From positions 1-49,112 of the IMG/VR virus record IMGVR_UViG_3300015050_000653: 49,112 nt of DNA; one strand, 5' to 3'. Under the pieces are notes generated by a model. The model was not told the DNA's origin and ran no database searches. It worked only from the letters and a program-made list of their open reading frames with translations. The number at the start of each line of letters is the position of its first letter. The stretch's first letter is position 1. Position numbers and translations under genes: made by a program. This stretch comes from a virus (Duplodnaviria; Caudoviricetes). Below, piece after piece: positions 18,494 to 27,014 of this stretch.

Positions 18494-19029
18494 GCCGCCT
18501 TCCTTTCCTCGAAGCCCAGATGATCGGCCAACGCAGTCAATCCTACTGCAAGGGCTTCGAAGTTCCGGGGGGCTGATCCGTGCATGATCCGCTCAACCTC
18601 CTTCAGGCTCCGAAATGAATAGCGGCGGATGGCGAGGGTCATGTCCTGATAACTGGCGACCGCAGCCTTGGCCTGTTCCTCGTCCATGCCTGTACCGCCG
18701 CCGCCCTGGATGTAATCCCTGAGCTGGCCGGCTGTCACCCGGGGGGCCATGATAGCGATGCAGTAGCGGGCGTAAACCGTTCTGGCGTATCTCCCAGCCC
18801 ATGCCTGCTCGGTTGTCAGGCGGCTGCTCAGAAGATCGATCGGGCAGCATAGTTCGCGCTCAGCCTTGTGGTTCCCGAATGCCGCCGTTCTTCGGGCTAT
18901 TGTCTCAGGGGTCGGGTCGATTGTCTCCGGCGCCCGCTTTGTCATGCGGCGTTCCAGTTCTTCCGGTGAAGGACGCAGCTTGCCAGAGGGATAGCGCGGC
19001 CCGTTTTTACGTCTGCGTCCTACAGCCAT
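18490..19029 (-). CDS. Hypothetical protein, candidate late-gene regulator
   Basis: Arg-rich N-terminus (GRRRKNGPRYPSGKL); position upstream of the late promoter. Confidence 0.5.
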   Translation of the reverse strand: MAVGRRRKNGPRYPSGKLRPSPEELERRMTKRAPETIDPTPETIARRTAAFGNHKAERELCCPIDLLSSRLTTEQAWAGRYARTVYARYCIAIMAPRVTAGQLRDYIQGGGGTGMDEEQAKAAVASYQDMTLAIRRYSFRSLKEVERIMHGSAPRNFEALAVGLTALADHLGFEERKAA

Positions 19030-19060
19030 GTGAAGTGCTCCCCTTTTTCCCCTGATTTGG

Positions 19061-19150
19061 TCATGCCGGCCTCCAGAACAGCCAGAGCATGAGAACGGTT
19101 CCGGCGCACAGGGCGGCCATGCCGGAGTAGATCCAGAAGCGGAGGCTCAT
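19061..19150 (-). CDS. Small membrane peptide (29 aa), not in ORF track
   Basis: MSLRFWIYSGMAALCAGTVLMLWLFWRPA; ATGA overlap with the upstream stop and a GGAGG site. Confidence 0.55.
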   Translation of the reverse strand: MSLRFWIYSGMAALCAGTVLMLWLFWRPA

Positions 19151-19416
19151 GAGACGCCTCCACAGACCTGCTTGCCGGATGCATCCAGGCGCGGACTGAG
19201 ATGACCTTCACGCGTGGACAGCCACTCGCAGCCGGTGCCGTAATCCATGTGGAGCCGAAGATTGCTGCGAACGAAATAGTTCGCGTCAGTGCCGTCTGTT
19301 GGCGACAGCAGGGCGAAGATCGCGGTGGCCACGATAAGGGTCGCGAACAGCCACCGCAGCATTTCGAGCCACCAGTTGAGGTTTTTTAATAGCCGCTCGC
19401 CCTGATCGACCATCAC
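19147..19416 (-). CDS. Membrane-anchored hypothetical protein
   Basis: One transmembrane segment, then DYGTGCEWL...LSPRLDASGKQVC. Confidence 0.6.
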   Translation of the reverse strand: MMVDQGERLLKNLNWWLEMLRWLFATLIVATAIFALLSPTDGTDANYFVRSNLRLHMDYGTGCEWLSTREGHLSPRLDASGKQVCGGVS

Positions 19417-20471
19417 GCCAGCTCCTTCTTGCCGAACAGCCTCGACAGGTCGAAGCGGCGAACCTCAGGCTCCTCGGCTTCGGCTTTTGACTTGGCGTCT
19501 GCTTCAAAGCCGTTGGCCCACATCAGGGCGTCTGTGTCTGGGTCTTCGATAGCGTTTACCAGAGCGAAAGCTGCTGGCTCTTGTCCTGTGGTTTGGAGGG
19601 GGCCTCCGTCTATTCGGAATTGGATTCCAGATGGGAGGGGCTCTACTCGGTCTTGTTCCGTGGGCGGACTATCTACCTTAGTCCGCTCAGCGTCGGCGGG
19701 CGTCTCGATTACCTGATAGGCGATGATGTTGTAGGCCGATTGCGAATCAGCATGCGTCCAACATGCGTCGTTTAATTCGTGGTCCTTGTGCTCCTTGAAG
19801 AATGAGCCGTCTTCGAACTTCACCATCGTCGCTCCAGCGAGCGCATCGTCAGGCCGCGCGCCGCCGCTCCACGGAATGAAGCGGTCGCTGTATTTCGAGA
19901 CAGTCGAGCTTGCTTGCGAACTGGATTCAGTTTGCTTTGGCTCTTCTCGATCTTGGTCAGTGGCCTGGCTCTCGTCCGAAGGTCGCTCAGCGTCGGCGAT
20001 GATCCGGTAGGCGATGATGTCGAGGTGGCGCTCAAAGTCGAAGTGACTTCCCCAGAAAAAGGTTCCCGCGCTGCCCACTCCGCGCTGTCCGTCGCGCGTC
20101 ATGGTTTCGACAATGGCATCGTCGGTGAGGTCGATGTGTCCTCCGTCAACCCAAGGGGTGAAGCCTTCGGGGATGACGGGGTTGACGGGTAACGTCGTGT
20201 AGTCGCTCGGGTACATCGTCGCGTTCGGATCAAACGCCGCCTCACCCTCCGCTTGGTTGCGAACCTCGTCATCGACAGGAGGGGATTCAGGATCGAGTAG
20301 ACCTTCCTCTGTTTCTGTAGAGAGGGCGGCAATGGCTTTGTCGAGGTCTGCGATTGCTTCTTCTTCATCGACAATCATGCGTTGAGCGACTGCGATGTCC
20401 TCCGTCAGACCCTTAACGCGGGCGACGTGGTACTCGCGTTTCTCCTTCAATTCTTCCAGAAGCTTATTCAT
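19413..20471 (-). CDS. Hypothetical protein with coiled coil and a duplicated domain
   Basis: Start reassigned to MNKLL (GAGG site); two copies of PW..GG...DG...W...IIAY. Confidence 0.65.
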   Translation of the reverse strand: MNKLLEELKEKREYHVARVKGLTEDIAVAQRMIVDEEEAIADLDKAIAALSTETEEGLLDPESPPVDDEVRNQAEGEAAFDPNATMYPSDYTTLPVNPVIPEGFTPWVDGGHIDLTDDAIVETMTRDGQRGVGSAGTFFWGSHFDFERHLDIIAYRIIADAERPSDESQATDQDREEPKQTESSSQASSTVSKYSDRFIPWSGGARPDDALAGATMVKFEDGSFFKEHKDHELNDACWTHADSQSAYNIIAYQVIETPADAERTKVDSPPTEQDRVEPLPSGIQFRIDGGPLQTTGQEPAAFALVNAIEDPDTDALMWANGFEADAKSKAEAEEPEVRRFDLSRLFGKKELA

Positions 20472-20500
20472 TGTCCGTTCCTCGAATGGGGTGTGTGAAT

Positions 20501-20860
20501 CTACGCGGCTTGTTTCGTGCTTGATGGCGTGTGTTCGGCGCACCAATCGTCGCCTTTGACGCGAACGCTTAGACGTCTGCGGGCGAGGTAAGGCGGATAG
20601 CGACGGCATACGCCAACGCTCATCTGCGGGCCTTTGCCACCGTACCAGACGGGGCACCAATGCTTGCAGGTAGCGCAGCGCGGCGAACGGTGCGCTGCGC
20701 GAAACTTCATCACCGCCTCATCGGCTTCGTTAAGCTCGCCGTTGATGAACTTCGATGGAATCTTGCTGTCGTGCACGTGCGCCTGCACAATGATCCACGC
20801 GAAGACCGCGAGCAGCATCAGGAATGCCCACAGGAGGTCCCACGAATTGATGTCGCTCAT
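20501..20860 (-). CDS. Membrane-anchored Cys-rich protein
   Basis: N-terminal transmembrane segment; CATCKHW, GVCRRYPP and DWCAEH motifs. Confidence 0.6.
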   Translation of the reverse strand: MSDINSWDLLWAFLMLLAVFAWIIVQAHVHDSKIPSKFINGELNEADEAVMKFRAAHRSPRCATCKHWCPVWYGGKGPQMSVGVCRRYPPYLARRRLSVRVKGDDWCAEHTPSSTKQAA

Positions 20861-21246
20861 GCCGCCACCTGTGTGGTCTGTCCGGTGTTCCAGTTCAGCA
20901 GGCGTTCGCGGCTCTCAGGCGATAGGTAATAGCCCTTGCCATGGGCGTTTCGCACTTCCATGCCGAACGGTTGTAGCTTCCTGCGAAGGTGACAAATCTG
21001 GACCTTGAGCACGTTGGATGCGTCTATCGCAGAATAGTCTCCATTTTGTCGGGTAGCCTTCCACAGCACCTCATCACGCACAGGTCTGTCATGCTTCAGA
21101 AGACAGCTTAGAATGCGATCGTGCGCCCTTGTGGTGTTAAATTCGGACGGCGCACACCACTCCGGCGCCAACAGGTCGCGCAGGTGTTCGACCTCAGCTT
21201 CGAGAACTTCGATACGCGCTTTCAGACGATAGGTTTCGTCGCTCAT
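20857..21246 (-). CDS. Stand-alone OmpR/CtrA-type winged-helix DNA-binding protein
   Basis: NVLKVQICHLRRKL...NAHGKGYYL is the Trans_reg_C signature; a short coiled coil replaces the receiver domain. Confidence 0.8.
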   Translation of the reverse strand: MSDETYRLKARIEVLEAEVEHLRDLLAPEWCAPSEFNTTRAHDRILSCLLKHDRPVRDEVLWKATRQNGDYSAIDASNVLKVQICHLRRKLQPFGMEVRNAHGKGYYLSPESRERLLNWNTGQTTQVAA

Positions 21247-21575
21247 GCGACCCTCGCTTCTTTGAGGAGACGATTGACGTGAGAGGGGGTGACGCCCCAG
21301 TGTTTCGCGGTGTCGCGAACAGTGTGGCCTTCCTTGATGTCCGCAAGCATGTCGAGGTCGCGGTCGCGGTGATCCTGAACGCGCTCGGCCTGCTCTTCGG
21401 CGCTGATGTTGATCTTGCGCGGGCCAGTGCGGTCGGGATTGCGGACCAGACCAAACTTGCGGCAGCGACCAGCTACGACGCCCTTGGTCAGGCTCAAAGC
21501 CGACGCAATTTCCGTGTAGGTTTTGCCCTGATTGAACAGGCGCTTCAGTTCGGACGCGTCGAAATACTTACTCAT
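21243..21575 (-). CDS. GcrA-like HTH protein with a second C-terminal HTH
   Basis: ELKRLFNQGKTYTEIASALSLTKGVVAGRCRKFGL resembles the GcrA N-terminal domain. Confidence 0.7.
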   Translation of the reverse strand: MSKYFDASELKRLFNQGKTYTEIASALSLTKGVVAGRCRKFGLVRNPDRTGPRKINISAEEQAERVQDHRDRDLDMLADIKEGHTVRDTAKHWGVTPSHVNRLLKEARVA

Positions 21576-21676
21576 TTCCCAGCCCTCCTTGCATCCATCC
21601 GATTTTGAAATTCCGCCACAGCGCAGACCAGCGGGCCTGCGGAGATCAGGGCGAGGCCGACGATGAGGGAGGTCAT
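21572..21676 (-). CDS. Small hydrophobic peptide (34 aa), not in ORF track
   Basis: MTSLIVGLALISAGPLVCAVAEFQNRMDARRAGK; ATGA overlaps at both ends. Confidence 0.55.
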   Translation of the reverse strand: MTSLIVGLALISAGPLVCAVAEFQNRMDARRAGK

Positions 21677-22086
21677 AGGGACCTCATCAGGTATTCCTTG
21701 AGCGCCACCTCAACTTCGCCCACAGAGCGCGCCACAAAGAACGGGCGACCCGTCTCCTTGCACCAGTCCCGCCAGCTCTTCTGCGACTCCTGGAGCACGC
21801 CTCCGAAGCTCTTGAGTTCGATGTAGATGTCGGGTCCGTGCGGCCGGCAGATGACCACGTCAGGAATGCCGGGCTTGACGCCCATGGCCTTGAGACGGCC
21901 AGCGGTGGACTTCTTGCGCCAGCCGCCATTCGGCGGATGATACCAGCGCCAGTCCTTCGGCAGCTTGTGGTCTAACCAGCGGGCGACTTCGATCTGGATT
22001 TGATCTTCGGTCTTGTAGGACGCGAGATCGGCCGCCTTGATGCGGGGCGTGCGGGCGATCAGCGGGATCACTTTCTGACGGGTCAT
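21673..22086 (-). CDS. VRR-NUC domain nuclease
   Basis: EDQIQ, HPPNGG, GVKPGIPD, IELKS..G, Q..W and VARS motifs. Confidence 0.9.
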   Translation of the reverse strand: MTRQKVIPLIARTPRIKAADLASYKTEDQIQIEVARWLDHKLPKDWRWYHPPNGGWRKKSTAGRLKAMGVKPGIPDVVICRPHGPDIYIELKSFGGVLQESQKSWRDWCKETGRPFFVARSVGEVEVALKEYLMRSL

Positions 22087-22628
22087 GCTGCCATTTTCCC
22101 AATGCAGTTGGCGGCCAGATACGCGGCCCGGATACGCTTGGATTCGATGGGGTCGCGCTCATGAATTGTCGGACGGCCCCAGCCGCCGATCGATTGAGCG
22201 CCTTCGGTGTTTCCGTCAGACCCGCTCAGCCAAAAAACGCCTTCGTCCCGGCGATCTTCGAGGATGCAGGCGTGCGTCCATTGCGCGTGCCCGGCTTCGA
22301 GCACCTGGATGTAATCCTTAGCCGAGACTGGCGAGCCGCGGCTGATCCAGTGGCGGAAGCCAGGCCGGTCCAGCGCGAACTGCTCGGCCTTGTGGCGCTC
22401 GAGATGGCGGATCGCCTCATTTGCCGGTTTGACTTCGAGGAAGGCCTTGAACTTCGGAATCCAGAAGTCAGGCAGGTAGGTTCCACCGGTGGAAAGCTCG
22501 TGCCGGCCGGGCTCGTATTCGTAGCCGATACCGAGCGCCAGCAGGAAAGCCGACCAGCGCCCTTCAGTCAGCGAGCGGAACTTCACGCCGTTGTGCCAGA
22601 CCGGAATGGCCTCCATTTCGCGGGTCAC
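22083..22628 (-). CDS. PD-(D/E)XK nuclease-like protein
   Basis: FRSLTEGRW, YEYEP, YLPDF and LEVKP motifs; start taken at the coupled GTG with GGAGG. Confidence 0.75.
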   Translation of the reverse strand: MTREMEAIPVWHNGVKFRSLTEGRWSAFLLALGIGYEYEPGRHELSTGGTYLPDFWIPKFKAFLEVKPANEAIRHLERHKAEQFALDRPGFRHWISRGSPVSAKDYIQVLEAGHAQWTHACILEDRRDEGVFWLSGSDGNTEGAQSIGGWGRPTIHERDPIESKRIRAAYLAANCIGKMAA

Positions 22629-23419
22629 AGCAGGACCTCCTGCCGAACCGGCTTTGGGCCCCACGATGCGTCCCAGCGCCCCATGTTTTCGAAGGCGTAG
22701 AGCTTTTCCTCAAGCGTCAGGGTTGTCGGCTGGATCGCCACGACGTTGTCGCCAGAATCGTAACGCTCCTGGTTCAGGTAGACGTTGAGGCCGGGCACAA
22801 ATTTCGCCTCGGTCTTGGCTAGGAATGCCATGATGGCGCTGCGGATGACGGCCGGATCGGTTTTCGCCGCCTTGCGCTTGAAGATTTCAGCTGTCTTGGC
22901 TTTTCCGGCGCCGCGGCCGCTGATCTTCGCGGACTTGTGCTTGCGAGCCCATGCTGCCCATACCTCTTCGAAAAGGCCCGCGGCCGCGTCTTGTTCTTTG
23001 GAATTGTTAGATGGTTCTTGTTTGTGTCGTGTGACACGACAGGACCTGTCAGGTGAGGCGACACGACCTGTCGTGTGAGACGACATCGACCTGTCAGGTG
23101 AGGCGACAGGTGTCACTACAGGTTGTGGCTTCACCTCTTCCGGCGCGTTCGCAACGTCAAGAATAACCCGATACCTGATCTTCCTCGTGTTGTTGTTTTC
23201 TATGTATCTTTCGACATAGCCCCAGCGGATGAGGCGCTTCATGCTTTCAACGACGAACTGGCGCGACAGCCGAGCTTTGACGGCAATCGTGTCCTGTGAG
23301 GGCCAGCACCAACCATCCTTGCAGGTGTGATAGCCCAGCGCCGCTAGGACGTTCAGGTCGGCGCCGGTCAGGCGCGTGTCTTCAATGGCCGCGGATGGGA
23401 TTGCTGCGAACCGTGTCAT
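22625..23419 (-). CDS. Replication initiator (lambda O-like, N-terminal HTH)
   Basis: CWPSQDTIA...LSRQ.V...L...GY HTH; internal iterons; adjacent to DnaB. Confidence 0.85.
   Translation of the reverse strand: MTRFAAIPSAAIEDTRLTGADLNVLAALGYHTCKDGWCWPSQDTIAVKARLSRQFVVESMKRLIRWGYVERYIENNNTRKIRYRVILDVANAPEEVKPQPVVTPVASPDRSMSSHTTGRVASPDRSCRVTRHKQEPSNNSKEQDAAAGLFEEVWAAWARKHKSAKISGRGAGKAKTAEIFKRKAAKTDPAVIRSAIMAFLAKTEAKFVPGLNVYLNQERYDSGDNVVAIQPTTLTLEEKLYAFENMGRWDASWGPKPVRQEVLL
22991..23108. promoter_or_regulatory. Replication origin: four iterons plus a T-rich strip
   Basis: TGTC-N3-TGA-N3-GACA at 23025, 23047, 23069 and 23092; T-rich tract at 22991-23023. Confidence 0.8.
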
Positions 23420-24810
23420 GCTGCGACGCTCCGATACTCAGGCGCCAGATTGCCGATGGCGTTCCGGCCGATGTCGCAGAACAGGGGTGTTATCCCCGTC
23501 TTGCCGTTCCGGTTCTTCTGCCAGTCGATTTCAAGGCGGTGTTTGTTGGCGGCGGCCTCCCGGATTTCCTCGGGGGTGAGGTCATCCTCGCGGGCCTTGC
23601 GCTCTAGGTAATAGGCGGGTCTGAACAGCATCCCGACCATGTCGGCGTCCTGCTCTAGCGAGCCGGAATCGCGGAGGTCAGAAAGCTGCGGCCGCGGGTT
23701 GCCCCTTTGCTCTGGGGCCCGGGAAAGCTGGGACAGCGCGATAATGGCGATGTCCATTTCCTTGGCGACGGCCAGCAGGTCGGCGGAAATGTCCGTGACC
23801 TCTTGAACCTTGTTCCCGTTCCTGTTCTTGTCGGGTCGGGCCAGCTGGAGATAGTCGACGATCAACACTTCCAGCTTGCGGCCGCCGGTGCGGAACTCAC
23901 GGTCCAGGCGCCGGGCCCACCGGTGAATATCGGCAACCTTCAAAGCGCTCCGGTCATCGATCGCCAGCGGGAGTTCGCGCGCGACTTCGGCGGCTTCCTC
24001 CATCTGGCGGATCTGATGCGGGTTGGCCTTGCCGTTCATGACGGCTTCGTATTCAGGGCCCGCCCCGTTCGCGTGGGCCAGATCGGACGCCAGCCGCGCC
24101 CAGATTTCGTCCGCAGCCATCTCCATCGAGACAAATCCGACGCCAAAGCCTTGCTGGGCCAGGCGGCGGGCAGCGCAGACGGCGAAGGCAGACTTACCCA
24201 TGGACGGCCGGGCGGCGATGATCGACATCTTGCCCCGCGGCCAGCCCCGGATTTTGTTGTCCAGATCGCTCAGCCCCGTCGGGATACGACGGCCGGCGGC
24301 CCCGCCCCTGAACAGGTCGCGGCGGATGTCGCAGGCGAAAGCTGCACGGAAGCCGCTGGCACCCTGGTGATTGGTCACGAGGTCATTGAGGCCCCGCTCC
24401 AAACCCTCGACGTGCTGCTGCACGTTCTGAATAGTCGCCAAGCCACGCAGGGACTCGTTGCAGAGCAAAGTCGCCTGATTGCGTAGACGACGGTCCAGCA
24501 GGAACTTTGCTGCCTCCAGCGCCTCCGCAAGCGTCACGAACTCGGGGCGCACAAAGCGAAGGGCTGAGAAGCATTCCTCTTCCTTCAGCCCCGCCTCGCG
24601 CAGCTGGAGCACGACAGCGTTCCGGGTGACCCGGCCGCGGCGGCGGGCTTCAAGTGTCGCCTGCCAAAGGTTGGCAAGCTCGCCGTTCTCGAAATCTTCG
24701 ACTGCCGGCGGGCGTTCGCAATGGTCCCAGAAGGCAGGGTGCAGAATGGCGGCCGCAGTTATGCTGGCTTCGGCATTCGAGCCGATCAGCGGGTTAGGAT
24801 CGCTCGACAT
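23416..24810 (-). CDS. dnaB: Replicative DNA helicase
   Basis: AARPSMGKS, SMEM, IVDYLQL, LSQLSR and DLRDSGSLEQDAD motifs; start at MSSDP with GGAGG. Confidence 0.95.
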   Translation of the reverse strand: MSSDPNPLIGSNAEASITAAAILHPAFWDHCERPPAVEDFENGELANLWQATLEARRRGRVTRNAVVLQLREAGLKEEECFSALRFVRPEFVTLAEALEAAKFLLDRRLRNQATLLCNESLRGLATIQNVQQHVEGLERGLNDLVTNHQGASGFRAAFACDIRRDLFRGGAAGRRIPTGLSDLDNKIRGWPRGKMSIIAARPSMGKSAFAVCAARRLAQQGFGVGFVSMEMAADEIWARLASDLAHANGAGPEYEAVMNGKANPHQIRQMEEAAEVARELPLAIDDRSALKVADIHRWARRLDREFRTGGRKLEVLIVDYLQLARPDKNRNGNKVQEVTDISADLLAVAKEMDIAIIALSQLSRAPEQRGNPRPQLSDLRDSGSLEQDADMVGMLFRPAYYLERKAREDDLTPEEIREAAANKHRLEIDWQKNRNGKTGITPLFCDIGRNAIGNLAPEYRSVAA

Positions 24811-25195
24811 CGCCAACCTCCCGCTCATCAGCTTCGCGCTGGGGATAGTCAGGCGTCGGACGGCTCTCTATCGCCTTGGCTTCGGCTTCATTGCCTGCAT
24901 TCCGGGCGGCGGCGGCCTCGGCGTTGATCTCGCGCCGGGCTTCGTGAATCCTGCGCGTAGCAGCGTTTTTGCGGCCTATGGTGGCGGCGGCGGCGCGCAG
25001 CAAGGTCAACTGCTGAATAGTGCTTTCCAGCCCGAAAGCCCGCTCATACCGGCGCAGCGATTGCGCCAGCTCGAGCGTCGCTTCCATCTGCTCGCTGTTT
25101 GTCGGCTTCGGAATCCAGAAGATGTCCGAGCCCTTGCCCAGGATCAGCTCGTCCAGACGAACGCCCAGCGGGATCGCGTCATCATGCGGCGTCAT
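24794..25195 (-). CDS. Hypothetical protein
   Basis: Start reassigned to the coupled ATG (MTPHDD); helical. Confidence 0.55.
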   Translation of the reverse strand: MTPHDDAIPLGVRLDELILGKGSDIFWIPKPTNSEQMEATLELAQSLRRYERAFGLESTIQQLTLLRAAAATIGRKNAATRRIHEARREINAEAAAARNAGNEAEAKAIESRPTPDYPQREADEREVGDVERS

Positions 25196-25521
25196 GCTGC
25201 AATCTCCGAATACGAACGCAGGCGATGCGGTGGGCGGGGCTGCGGACGCCCGCCACGACAGGCCCAAATGCAGGTGGAATGGTCCCTGTCGAACATCCGG
25301 CCGATCTGAGGGTAGGAGTAGCCAAGCTCATTGCGGATGCGCTGCATGGCGATCCTGCGGGCAGCGGCGACGGGAGCCAGGCGGCGAGGTCCGAGAATGT
25401 CAGCGACGGATATGCCGGTTTCCTTGGCGACTTCCGCGATGATGTGACGGCCAAGCCTGCGCGGCTGGGGCTCGATCGGCGTTCCGTCCAGCGGATCGGT
25501 TGTGATCTGGAACTCGCTCAT
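25192..25521 (-). CDS. Stand-alone DnaA domain IV (DNA-binding) protein
   Basis: IIAEVA..GISVADILGPRR...ARRIAM...SYPQIGRMFDRDHST matches Bac_DnaA_C. Confidence 0.9.
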   Translation of the reverse strand: MSEFQITTDPLDGTPIEPQPRRLGRHIIAEVAKETGISVADILGPRRLAPVAAARRIAMQRIRNELGYSYPQIGRMFDRDHSTCIWACRGGRPQPRPPHRLRSYSEIAA

Positions 25522-25733
25522 GATTTTCCCTTGGGTTTCGGACAGCTCTGCGCCACCTTGGGCGGGCCGGCCTTGGAGCCATCGCGACGGAACTTCAGGC
25601 CCAGCACCTCAACCGCGTGGTTGATGCTCTCCATCGGCCAGCGCGGGTATTTCCTGCGGAACTGGGCGCGGGTTTCACAGGTGGAGGCTGCGGCGCGGAG
25701 TTCGGCAGCGCGATTTTCGATTTCCGAGGTCAT
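25518..25733 (-). CDS. Small hypothetical protein
   Basis: Start at MTSEIE; ATGA-coupled to the next gene. Confidence 0.5.
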   Translation of the reverse strand: MTSEIENRAAELRAAASTCETRAQFRRKYPRWPMESINHAVEVLGLKFRRDGSKAGPPKVAQSCPKPKGKS

Positions 25734-25870
25734 GCCGCCACCCGCATTTCCGGCATGGCGCGGGCGGGCTGCGGAACGGTCGCAACATTGCCGCGTTCTG
25801 ATGCTAGGTTGGGAAAGCTGGCGATCACGTCTGGGCTCCTGCAAGCCTGCGATTGAATGTCAGTGACTAG

Positions 25871-26032
25871 GCGGCCTCCCGTTCGCGCGGGGGGCCGTTG
25901 TCGTTTCAGCTTCGGTGTCGGGAACGGGTCGCGCCTGCGATTGACCGGGGGGCGGATGCAACCGCAGGCGCGGTCAGCGGGGAGTGATCGGCCGCTGATA
26001 GATGTGCTGCGGAATTGAATTGGCGCAGCGCA
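25871..26032 (+). ncRNA. Candidate structured RNA (four consecutive hairpins)
   Basis: Four stems whose G-U pairs form only on the + strand. Confidence 0.3.
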
Positions 26033-26124
26033 CACAGAGATAATTGGCTAGTAGCCCTTTTCGTAGCGCGTACGGTGTCGCACAGTCTTGGAATGTTCAG
26101 GGAAAGTAGGGCTTGGGGGGGTGC

Positions 26125-26349
26125 ATGACGCAGTGGGTAGACGGCGATCCCGAGGTTGGGACGGAGCTTGGTTTGGTGCGGATTAGCCTGCACACGTCGC
26201 GCGACAAGGATCACGCCACCAGCGACTTCGTCATGACGCCGGCCAGAGCCTTGAAGCTCGCCGCGCAGCTCAATCTCGTGGCGCTCACGGTCACCAGTGC
26301 GGCTGACAACGTCGCTGTGATCAGGAAGCGGGGCGCAAAGCATCGCTAG
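26125..26349 (+). CDS. Hypothetical protein, antisense to the leftward early operon
   Basis: G-rich RBS; MTPARALKLAAQL helix; stop overlaps the cro stop. Confidence 0.55.
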   Translation: MTQWVDGDPEVGTELGLVRISLHTSRDKDHATSDFVMTPARALKLAAQLNLVALTVTSAADNVAVIRKRGAKHR

Positions 26350-26588
26350 GCCCTCGCCTTCATGTCTTCAGCGGGGTAGATATCTGGCCTGATCTTGTAG
26401 CGGGGGATGCCCGTGGCGCGCTCGACGTCCAGAACCCTCTGCACGGGGATTCTGCCCCGGCTTTTCCACGCCCCTACGGTCCCGTCGCTTATGTCCTCGC
26501 CGGTCGTATGCCGGAGACGAGCCACGAGATCGGCTGTCCGCCCAAAAAGCGCTTCAAACTGGTCTGGCGTGAAAGGGTCGAATGTCAT
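26346..26588 (-). CDS. cro: Cro/YdaS-like repressor
   Basis: TVGAWKSRGRIP..RVLDVERATGIPRYKIRPDIY motif; divergent from cI. Confidence 0.85.
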   Translation of the reverse strand: MTFDPFTPDQFEALFGRTADLVARLRHTTGEDISDGTVGAWKSRGRIPVQRVLDVERATGIPRYKIRPDIYPAEDMKARA

Positions 26589-26594
26589 GACCCG

Positions 26595-26625
26595 TACCTT
26601 GCAATATGCAAAGACAGTCTGTCAA
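26595..26625 (-). promoter_or_regulatory. Leftward early promoter with overlapping operator
   Basis: TTGACA at 26625-26620; palindrome TTGCAATATGCAA at 26599-26611. Confidence 0.7.
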
Positions 26626-26680
26626 GTCGGCTTTGCGATTTCGATGAAGACATCTTGCATTCCGCAGGGGACGCTGGGGA

Positions 26681-27004
26681 ATGGCAAAGAAATCCACAAA
26701 GGTTAGCCCCAACAACCTCAGAGCGTGGCGCGAGTATCGCGGCCTGACGCAGGATGAGCTGGCCGACCTTGTGGGGACCAACGGCTCCGTCATCTCCCTA
26801 CTAGAGAGCGGCGCCCGTGGATTATCCCTGAAATGGCTGGTAAGATTGGCCCCGCCGCTTCAAACTACGCCGGGGATGCTACTCGATCACGACCCGAACA
26901 ACCTCGATAACTCGATCCTGGAAATCTGGGGCCATGTGCCCGATACCCAGAAGCCCCAAGCCCGCGAAATTCTGACGACTTTCGCTCGGAAAAACAGGGC
27001 CTAA
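26681..27004 (+). CDS. cI: CI-like XRE repressor lacking a peptidase domain
   Basis: LRAWREYRGLTQDELADLVG...ISLLESG HTH_3; only 107 aa. Confidence 0.85.
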   Translation: MAKKSTKVSPNNLRAWREYRGLTQDELADLVGTNGSVISLLESGARGLSLKWLVRLAPPLQTTPGMLLDHDPNNLDNSILEIWGHVPDTQKPQAREILTTFARKNRA

Positions 27005-27014
27005 CGAAAATTGT

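Noticed and set aside
19020-19211. 63-aa ORF from the track
   Set aside because: The gap is better explained by the coupled 29-aa peptide at 19061-19150.
935-25309. Long + strand ORFs opposite the structural and replication genes (e.g. 935-1828, 13553-14503, 23707-24486)
   Set aside because: Antisense shadows expected in GC-rich coding DNA; no motifs or ribosome-binding sites.
25730-26035. 101-aa minus-strand ORF across the hairpin region
   Set aside because: No convincing start or RBS and the N-terminal part looks non-coding; only the coupled ...MRVAA end hints at a short real ORF.
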